Source: Podarcis tiliguerta (lineage: Eukaryota). From it: a stretch of 64,000 bases of DNA. Numbering within the stretch: the stretch's first letter is position 1; each line of letters starts with the position of its first letter. A program made the translations under genes and the position numbers. The stretch lies in NCBI GenBank assembly GCA_965153285.1, contig OZ229111.1; one strand, written 5' to 3'. The notes beneath the pieces were generated by a model. That model was not told where the DNA came from, did not search any database, and saw nothing but the letters and a program-made list of their open reading frames with translations. Below are positions 54,586 to 64,000 of this stretch, one piece after another.

Positions 54586-55958
54586 TTTTATTAGCAAAAC
54601 ACCTTTCTGTCCCTATTGTGAATGTGTGTTCCCCATCCATACTATTGATGGATGTTGCACTTTAATTCAACACGCAATCTCCTCAGGGTCACAGAGTCTG
54701 CTTAATTGACCTTGGAACACATTGAACCATTTCAGACACCATGTCCTCAAATGTGAGGGGTGTGGGGAGCGTTTTCTCTCTTGAGAGACACCATCCTCAA
54801 ACCCCACATGCACACACTCACTCACATGCGCACAGAGAGCTCTTTGTTCTCTCCTGATCAGCTGTTTCCAGTCAACAGGTTAGGGTAGGAGATTACCAGG
54901 AGGGGAATATTTAAAACTCTGAAACTGCTGCTTCAAGTGCTCCAGTTGCCTCAAGACATTTTATTTCAGTGGAGCTGGTTCCCCTCCCCTTCTCCCAAGG
55001 AGCACAAGCCCTCCACACCCTTCTTGAGCACACTTGCATGGCTGGAACATGTCCTGAAATGATAGTCATGCCCCTTGCTTCCCTATATGGTGGTTTAGGT
55101 GTGTGGTTTATAAACCACTGGCTTTTGTGTGGCAGGAATGTAGCACACTGTGCAAAGAGTAAGAGTCTACCTTCTGCCGATCCTACTGTGCGCAAGAGTC
55201 CTTGGCTATTAAAGGTGCCTCCTAGCAACTGATCTTCTGTGTGAGCCAGTTTTTGCCTGGAAGGTTGTCCACAAGGCAATGAGGCCTTGGGCTGAAGAAG
55301 AAATTCCATCCCTGCTTGGCAGAATATTTTAATTACTTCCAATACCTCTCTCTGTTTCATCAGTAGGAAGCATTGTGTAATGTCTGCAAGTTGTAATCTG
55401 CAAAGATGGTAACTATGAGAAAATAACATGATGGCTTAAGGTTATGTTATTTATATTCTTAGGGTTGTGCTTTGCTCACCTATTTACATCTTGCCTTGAT
55501 TGGCTGAAATGTTTATTCCCTGGTGTTACTATTCTAAATGATGATGATGATGATGATTTAAATCCACTGTTGTCATGGTCTTTAGGAGCCCTATGAAAGT
55601 TTAGGAATGAGAGGAAATAGTGAGATTCTAGCTTTTGAATCAATCTATTTTTGTTCCTTTGGGTTAATACATTTCTTTTCAGCCAAATGGCATCTTTGCA
55701 GTTCTATTAAAAACATGTGCAATCTCAGTTCACTGGAGAAAGAGTCATATTTGAAGTAAGATGCTGCTTTGCACAAAGTAGTGGAAATAATTTTTGATGC
55801 AGACACTTCTTGCAGAGGTCTGTAGGGGAAAATATATAGGAAGGAGCTGAGAATCCCCATAGAGTACTGGGTTGCCAAATGAAGCCAATATTCTACATCA
55901 GGTGCCAGAGCTGCAGAACAGCGTCTCCATATCTTTTGCCAAATGAAGTGGTTAAATC

Positions 55959-56209
55959 CAGGGGTCAGCAAACTTTTTCAGCAGGGGGCCGGTCTACTGT
56001 CCCTCAGACCTTGTGGAAGGCTGGACTATATTTTGAAAAAAAATAATGAACGAATTCCTATGCCCCACAAATCACCCAGAGATGCATTTTAAATAAAAGC
56101 ACACATTCTACTCATGTAAAAACAAGCTTATTCCTGGACCGTCTGCAGGCTGGGTTTAGAAGGCGATTGGGCCGGATCCGGCCCCCAGGCCTTAGTTTGC
56201 CTACCCATG
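55959..56209 (+). mobile_element. hAT non-autonomous element, ~250 bp
   Basis: CAGGGGTCAGCAAACT ... AGTTTGCCTACCCATG. An inverted second copy lies at 59056-59301. The TSD is not clean. Confidence 0.83.
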
Positions 56210-59055
56210 GAACTTTAATCAGTGGAAGCGCTAGCACAGCTAACGAGCAGCAGCTTTAACCAGTCTGCATGTTATTCTATTTGGAGCCTGCCTAGGTGGT
56301 GCTTAAACTGCTCCACATTGCCATTGATATTGGTGTATTCAAGAGGTAAAAGGCAGGTGAAGAAAGAAGGAAATGTAGACCAGTTTAGCCAGTTGCATCT
56401 TAAGCAGCATTAAGTCTGCACAATGCAAATCCTGTGGGCTAATTGCAGCCCCCTAGCTGTCTATGTGTGACTGAGTGAATTCCAATTTTCACCCATTTCC
56501 CACATATCAAAAGTAGTAGTAGCATTGCTATTCTGGCATTGCTTCTGTAATCCCACGGTTAAGAGATGCATGGTGGAGTTTGTGCCAGTTGTCCCAGTAT
56601 GTCCCAGGCAGAATGCAGAGCCAGTTAGGATGCACACTACTTACGCTCTGCCCACGTGAGGGAAGAGGCGGAGTGCCAGCTCCCTGAAGCTCTACAACTT
56701 TATGAAATATTGCTCTGCGCATGCACAGAATCTATATGTGTGACTGTACAGAGACTTCCATAGGAAAGAGGGCTTAAGTGGAAAATTTTTAAAGAAGGGG
56801 TGGTTGTGCAGACTTGTAGTGGTGCAGAGAGAAAACTGATTATATGATGGGGAATGCAATGAAAGTAGAAGATAACAGTTAAAGAAACCTCCCAAGTTAG
56901 AATTGCATTAAAACCGTGGTTAAAGATTTGATGCAGTGCTCTTGGGTTAGTTGAAAAAAAGTGGCTTTTAGGATTACAATCTGCAATTACTTTACATTAT
57001 ACATTTTTATGGTTGGGAATTAAAGCATAATTATAAAAATATAAAAGTGGCCCTTGGAGTGACGAGCTGTGTGCCCTTGGGCCTGTGGGTATGCAAGGCA
57101 ATCACTCTCCATGGGAGGAATATTGATCACATGGAATCTTGGAGACGGAGGCTATTTTTCAACAGTGTTTGGGCCATACCACATCGGACTGGGGAGTGGG
57201 GGGTTGTATAGCGGAGTGCTCCTCTATACAAAGAAGGAGGTGTTTCGATGTATCATAGCCTTTTCTGTGTGAGTAGAGGAGCACTTTGTGTGGCCCCCTG
57301 CCCTGTAGTCTAAAGTGGTATAGCCCCCATCTGCTCCCACAGCTTTGTGTGTGTTCAGGGTCAAAGGATAGGAAATGTTCTCTGTTGTCTCTTTGGCACC
57401 CACCTCTTTCAACAACCCTTTAAAGTTGAAATCTTTCTCTGCCTGCATCGGTGATGGAATTGTTTTCATGATGTTTTAAAGGTACATTTTATTGTTTTAT
57501 CACTTTTTGTTTGCTGTCCTGGGCTCTTTTGGGAGGAAGACATAAAGGTAATAAGCAAAAAGTGAACTGTGGTGGAGAATGTTTTAGAAAGGAGGACTGG
57601 AAATTGACGGAATAGGAAGAAGTGTGTATGAAGAACTCTGGGCATAGAAGATGCTTGGAACGTAGACGTGTCTTTCTGAACAGAGGAAGTGTCAAAACCC
57701 TTTTCAAGTACATGTGGGAAGAAAAGATGGAACAGCTTAACTCAAACATATGCTTCACACACAGTTGTGAAGAGAGTGGAAGTCACTGATAGCTTTTTCC
57801 AAAAAAGTGTGGCTTAGATAATGCCATGAAAAGTGTGAAGAGGATAGCTGTCTGAGGTTTTTTTGTGGGTTTTTTTTTTGATGAATAGATCAGGAATCTT
57901 TCAGCAGTTCCAGAATATTTCATGACTAAAGAGTATTTTTTAAAATGTTGTCTTGCTGAAAAATGTGCTAATTCAGGCTTCCCTTGGTAACAATTTGAGG
58001 TAGGAGTGGAATGAATTTCTGCAGGGATGTATTATATTGTGAGTTGGCAACAGTTTTGACTAAAGGTAAAAGTAATTCTAGATCTGTAAATTGCTGTGAA
58101 GGTAAGCTGCATATTAGACTTCTGTCAAATAATATGCTGAACCTTTCTAAAAATAATTTGGTTTAGCTTCATACTGACAGCACTGGACAGAATTAATGAA
58201 ATAGTTCCATGCTTCAAGAAGCTTATAATCATAGAAAATATAGGAGGTGGGGTGGAGAAGGATGATATGGGCAAAATAAGGCACAGAGAGCCTTCATGTA
58301 CCAATGGCACTGAAAGGAGTGGAGAGGAACAACGATCATATTCACCTTAAACAATTGTTTATTTCAAACCATAGTTTACAGTGGTGTGTAAACCAGCGCA
58401 CTGACTCTATACTGGCACTAAGGATGGTTTTGTGGCTTACGTGGTGTTTTGAGCTTGCCTTCCCCTAGCCCTATGCCAACACTTAACTACACCTTGTCTT
58501 GTAACTTTCCTCCTACATGTCAGAAAATCATACTTCAGTGGACTCCCTCACTGACACATAATAAGCAAATTGCAAAGTAAGATGTGCCCCAACCCTGTCA
58601 GATAGGAACCTGATATTGGAGCTTTTGTAATTACACATACCCTTTGTGATAAAGAAATGGTAATAGCTACAGGTGACCCCACAAGCCCTTATATTATGCA
58701 TTCATTACTTGTTCTCCAGGATTGATTGTGCTGGTGTGGTTTCATAACACTTCTTGGTGGAGTGGGCGTTCTTTATCAATAGGCCTAAAGTAGAGCTGCC
58801 ATTAAGAGACTATTACTCTGAAAAAGCCCCGAGTGACAGAATTATTCTTTCTTCCTTTTTTATTATCCACTTTAAAATTAATTCTGAAGATGAGATGATC
58901 CACTGAAATTGGGATCTTTCGTTTAGTACAGATTTTCAATAGATTTCTCATTTAGCAGTGTATAAGGGATGAGGTGGGTTATTCACAGTTTGTGGTTTTA
59001 TCTTATTGCTGCTGCTGTTGGCTTGCCTCTTCTTGCAAGGAGCATTACTGTTGTT

Positions 59056-59301
59056 CATGGGTAGGCAAACTAAGGCCCGGGGGCCGGATCCAGCCCAATC
59101 GCCTTCTAAATCTGGCCCGCAGACAGTCCAGGAATCAGCGTGTTTTTACATGAGTAGAATGTGTGCTTTTATTTGAAACACATCTCTGGATTATTTGTGG
59201 GGCAGAGGAATTCGTTCACCCCCCCCCCATATAGTCTTGCCCACCACAAGGTCTGAGGGACAGTGGGCCGGCCCCCTGCTGAAAAAGTTTGCTGACCCCT
59301 G
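59056..59301 (-). mobile_element. hAT non-autonomous element, inverted copy with perfect TSD
   Basis: CATGGGTAGGCAAACT ... AGTTTGCTGACCCCTG, with CTGTTGTT on both sides (59048-59055 and 59302-59309). Confidence 0.9.
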
Positions 59302-61247
59302 CTGTTGTTTTCAAATTGGAAAGTAGTGGAGCTTTTCTGAGAGGGCTGTGGCAAATCCAGGAGTTTTCATTATGGATATTTCTCACTGGGCCATTTTTTG
59401 CTCTCTTTCAGTTACTGCTGTGCACCTCCCTCTGTGCCATGCTCATCTTTATCTCAAAGCACTTACTTGGTTCTCAACTGCAAGTTCACTTGCATATTCA
59501 AATTCACTTGCTTATACATGCATTCATGTTCGTCACTTGACTTAGCATCTATGTTATTTGTGAATGAGCTGTCTCGGGTTCTTCCCCACCATTAGAACTT
59601 GCATGTCACTCAGTGTACACCAAAACACAGTACTTTTTAATGTAGACAGAGCAGCTGAGGAACATATACATGACTACTAGCCCTGAGAGATATTAACTGT
59701 AAACACAAAATACAAAGGGCGGCAGTGGGAAGGACTTTTCAGTTTAATAGCTCCAGTGCAGTCATTTCCCCCTCCTGCCAAGGCAGTGAACAAAATGGTA
59801 TCTGCTATTCATGAATAGTAGATCAATTCTAGATCTTGCTTGCTAATTCTCACACAACCTCTCGCACGTGTGCATGGGTGCAAGATCGTATTTTGGAACC
59901 CAAAGAGAAATTTCAGTCCTTGTCCAGGGGTGCAAAAACCTACCAACCAAAGAATCAAAGTGTGGGGGGGCATACATCTGCCAACCCAGCTCTGAATGGT
60001 CCTGTGTATGCCCTGGGGGTGGAATAGATGCACAGGGACATTTGAGGTTGGGTTCACATGTACTCCCTTGTCACTGCCTTCCTCAGTGTGTTCTTTTTGA
60101 CCACCTGAACGTGACTTCAGTCATGTGGATAATTGAGCTAGGAAACCAGTGAAGCAATATTCTGCCCTGTGATTCAGAAGGAGCAGATGAACTTAGCTTC
60201 AAATAGATTTGGTATTGGGGAGCTCTAGCTTTTTGTGTAAATAGGTCCTATACCATTCCGCTGCCTGGCAAGATGAAAACCACTGTTTTGTGCCTCGGTC
60301 TAGATAGCTGCCCAAAAGGCTAAAAAACCAGGCTCTGTGACCAATCCTTTTCCTTGTTTTTTCTCCCTGTCCCCTTTCTTGTGCTTATTCAAGCAGCATT
60401 TAAGAAACAGCAATATTCTTTGTTTCCATCTCAAATTTTCCTTAGTGCTTCTGGCGTTTAGAAAAAGCTGGGCTTTTCACTTAGAATGTATCTAAATTAA
60501 AGCGTTTCTGAAGGCATTAAAAGGGATTAGCTTTGTGTATTAGTCATTCCTCAGTCTATGCATGCTGGGAAAATGGAAGATATCCACAAGATTAGTAGTG
60601 ACCTGCAATCATCTGATAGACTTCAAATGCCAGGGCATGGTTTGGTAAACTGGAACAAGGGGTGGACCAAAGGCTCTAGAGATCCGTTACTTCGTGTGCT
60701 TGTTCTATTTATATAGGAAATATATGATAACTGCTATGTTGCAGAATGTTCAGATCTTTGAAAAACAGCTGTTGTACTTTCTTTTCCTTTCCTTTCCATG
60801 GGGTGGAGGAAGAATGTAGAGTGGTTTTCTTTTTTTCTTTTTTTCCAGTTCTGCAAATATAAGCAAATGAGGCTTACAGTTTGAACTGCTGTAGTGAAGG
60901 CCATCCAAAATGACAATTTGCAAGGGAAACGAAATGCTTCTAATTTGCCACAGCATGCAGATGTCTTCATAAGATGCTGATGGAATGTGGGATCTCAAGA
61001 GTGTTGAAATGGGCGCTGAATAATAAGCGTCACCATCTAGGAATAAAGTAATCTTTTGAGATGTAAAGTTTTCTTGCATTGGAATCGCATATTACCTTAC
61101 GTAGCAATAAAGAGAAAATTAAATGGTTCAACTCCTTTGTGGTTTGAAATTTTTCAAAGTAGAGCAGCTTTAACTGAATATTCCAGGATGATACAAGTGG
61201 CATAATTTGAAAAGTTAAAAATGAAAAATAAAAAAGCAATTGACACT

Positions 61248-61369
61248 AATAATAATAATAATAATATAATTTATTTATACCCCGCCCATCTGGCTGGGTT
61301 TTCCCAGCCGCTCTGGGCGGCTTCCAACAAAACACTAAAATACAATAACATATTAAACATTAAAAGCTC
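61248..61369 (-). mobile_element. Young L2 3'-terminal fragment between (AAT)n tracts
   Basis: TTTATACCCCGCCCATCTGGCTGGGTTTTCCCAGCCGCTCTGGGCGGCTTCCAAC, a terminal stem-loop region with CpGs retained. Confidence 0.78.
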
Positions 61370-61370
61370 C

Positions 61371-61404
<34 letters not shown>
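61371..61404 (+). repeat. (TAA)n microsatellite
   Basis: Directly visible. Confidence 0.95.
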
Positions 61405-61405
<1 letters not shown>

Positions 61406-61429
61406 TTATAAATCATTATTGAAGCATGA

Positions 61430-61910
61430 AATGGTAGCAAGTTAAAGAATATGTCATAAAATGGGCACAAAATATATTTCTCTGGAGATTTTGGAAAATC
61501 TTGGAAACAAAGATGATAAACTTTCTCTAAATCTGGGAGTGGGAACTGTTACAAGGTCATGATGAGATGGTAGATAATTCCACTTATAATAGTAACAATT
61601 ATTTAAAAATAATGTGTTGTAAAAACAAACAGGAGTTTTATTTTGTGAGAAAACCCTATGGCAAAAAGGTTGTAAGATTGGAGAATGATTAATAAAATCA
61701 TTGAAAGAACACCAGAATACATAATCCCCTTCGAGCCCCCCCTTTTAATCTCTTGCTCGTTTATGCAACAAATTAGGGACAGGAAACAAAACCCACCATG
61801 AAGGATTAATTAGACGTGGGACTCTTATTGAAATGTAATACACTATCAGGATAAAAGAAAAAAGGGACAAATTCAAGGAAGATTGGTTTTGCTTTATTGA
61901 CTATTGTAAA
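61430..61910 (+). mobile_element. Possible degenerate L1/Tx1 ORF2 C-terminal relic
   Basis: A-rich strand bias, and AGATGGTAGATAATTCCA resembles the RWYxTP motif with a stop. Weak evidence. Confidence 0.35.
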
Positions 61911-62345
61911 TGCAATGCAATATTCCCAGATATATAATATTGTTTTTAATCAATTATATTTTATAATTTAAAGAAGCTATACCATAAAACAAAGTTCATG
62001 TTGTTGAAATACTGCTTTGAAAACTGGTTATTTTGTTCATACTTGTAAAATTAATTCAGCTGGCATTCTAGCATTGAGAAGGCTCTTCTGGGTTCTGTGG
62101 ATTTAAAATAGTAGTAACCAGGAACATTGCACTTTGGATCATTAACACTTTTTAAATGCCATGTGCTAAATTCTGCAGCTGCTAGTCATATGCCCTCAGA
62201 AGGGTAACCAAAGCAAGAAACTCCAGAAGGCTTGAATCCCATTCCGTAGTAGATGCTGCCTTTTATGTTCTAAAAGCAAAAGTCATAGGGTGAAGACACA
62301 TTTCAACTCCCTAGTCTTCCTCAGCAGCATAAAGTTAGAGCTGTA

Positions 62346-62571
62346 CAGTGGTACCTCGGGTTACAGACGTTTCTGGTTACAGACTCCGCTAACCCAGAAA
62401 TAGTACCTCGGGTTAAGAACTTTGCTTCGGGATGAGAACAGAAATTGTGCTGTGGCGGCGCAGTGGCAGCAGGAGGCCCCATTAGCTAAAGTGGTGCTTC
62501 AAGTTAAGAACAGATTCAGGTTAAGAACGGACCTCCAGAACAAATTAAGTTCTTAACTCGAGGTACCGTTG
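62346..62571 (+). mobile_element. Tigger-like MITE, family A
   Basis: TA-CAGTGGTACCTCGGGTTA...CGAGGTACCGTTG-TA. Confidence 0.87.
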
Positions 62572-63020
62572 TACAAGAAATGAGTACCGAGTGCAGCAGT
62601 TTTTCCATCTTGCATGCACAAATTCACCAGGCACTAGAAAACTCCAGAATTCCCTCTTTCCTCCTGGGGATGAATTTATGCCTAATCTCTCCACCCCTGC
62701 AACCCTACAAACTCATACTTTTGAGTACTTTCCCCAGAACTTTATGAGCTACATCTTTCTTGCTCTAATTGGACTCATTTCTAGTGTCTTTGAAGTTTAT
62801 GCTGCTGAGGATGACTAGCAGATTGAAACTCGTCTGGCGGCTATGGGTTGTTGTTTTTCGCTTTTTATATGAAACCTCTGGTTATGAGAGTTGTATGCTC
62901 ATAATTCTACCTCTATGTGTTTGCAAAGTGATGAATGTGCACTTCATTCTACATCAGTAGAGCTGTGAACTAAACCCAAAGGTATTTTGGTTTTGTGGAT
63001 GTGCAACCATTCTGCTGTAA

Positions 63021-63023
<3 letters not shown>

Positions 63024-63067
<44 letters not shown>
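63024..63067 (+). repeat. (CT)n microsatellite
   Basis: Directly visible. Confidence 0.95.
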
Positions 63068-63070
<3 letters not shown>

Positions 63071-63597
63071 AAACCTATCTTGTATAACTTTGTGTTCTAA
63101 CTCTGGAGCACAGGTAATTATTATAATTTTTTTCACTAGTATTTATTGCATGGCTGTTGTTTTTTTAAAAAAATCATTTTGTAACTGCATCTGTCTCCAC
63201 AGACAGTTCAGCAGAGGCTGTTGGTGGGTGGGTGGATATTCTGCTCTATCATTACCGTCCTCTATTTAGAGAAAGTGCCCACGTTTTCAACATTTTCCAA
63301 AAAAAAAAAAAAAGGCACAGGATTTTAACTGATTTTATATCTACTGCTTTTTGTATTTTTACAGCTGCTCTGATAATTGCTTTTGTTTTTGACGTTTTGA
63401 ATCTGTTTTACATTTGTTTTGTAGTTCTCTTTTGTAGGCCGTCTTGAAAATCTAGAATTAGATTAATAATTTTTTAATTTATTTTTAAAAAGTGCCCACG
63501 GTTACTAGGCACTATACAACTATAAGGAACAAAGACACAGGACTTCACCCATGTGTCTTAAAATGACACATGATACCGGTGACCAGTATAGTGAATA

Positions 63598-63831
63598 CAG
63601 TGGTACCTCGGATTAAGAATTTAATTTGTTCTGGAGGTCCGTTCTTAACCTGAAACTGTTCTTAACCTGAGGTACCACTTTAGCTAACAGGGCCTCCCAC
63701 TGCCGCTGCTGCACGATTTCTGTTCTCATCCTGAAGCAAAGTTCTTAATCCGAGGTACTATTTCTGGGTAAGCGGAGTCTATAACTTGAAGTGTCTGTAA
63801 CCTGAAGCGTCTGTAACCTGAGGTACCACTG
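63598..63831 (-). mobile_element. Tigger-like MITE, family A, inverted orientation
   Basis: TA-flanked TIRs. The interior is the reverse complement of the other copies and has an extra 16-bp CTGTAACCTGAAGCGT-type unit. Confidence 0.87.
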
Positions 63832-64000
63832 TAGCTCTTGCTCTTGCAGCAGGCGAGTGTTCAGTTTGGGGGAGGCAGTTTTCAGTAGAATCCCTGTGAG
63901 ATGCAACCTTTGCATCAACAGCAGGGCTCACTTCTCACAAGGTGAGAAGACATAGCGATGCCTCGCTTGCAGGCTTCCTCATCCCTCTCCTAAGAATGAA

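Overview
Vertebrate nuclear DNA, most likely from a squamate and probably a lacertid lizard (inferred from the SINE and MITE repertoire). One gene is supported. The first coding exon of GNAI2 (G-protein alpha-i2; 13729-13846, + strand) lies in a ~1.4 kb CpG island and is followed by intron 1. I could not find exon 2 (expected GAGESGKSTIVKQMK), so the intron appears to run past the window end (>50 kb). The ~12.8 kb upstream and the intron are non-coding and rich in transposon relics: TA-flanked Tc1/mariner-pogo-like MITEs, hAT MITEs with 8-bp target-site duplications (TSDs), palindromic MITEs, tRNA-derived SINEs, and L2, CR1, RTE and possibly L1 LINE fragments. Almost all other ORFs in the track look spurious. 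I see no convincing new biological system. The best leads are nested insertions, close inverted MITE pairs in the GNAI2 pre-mRNA (possible dsRNA or ADAR substrates), a MITE carrying NRF1 and ETS motifs, an unclassified two-copy repeat, and a pre-miRNA-sized hairpin. Repeat family names come from recall and were not checked against databases. Coordinates of degenerate repeats are approximate.
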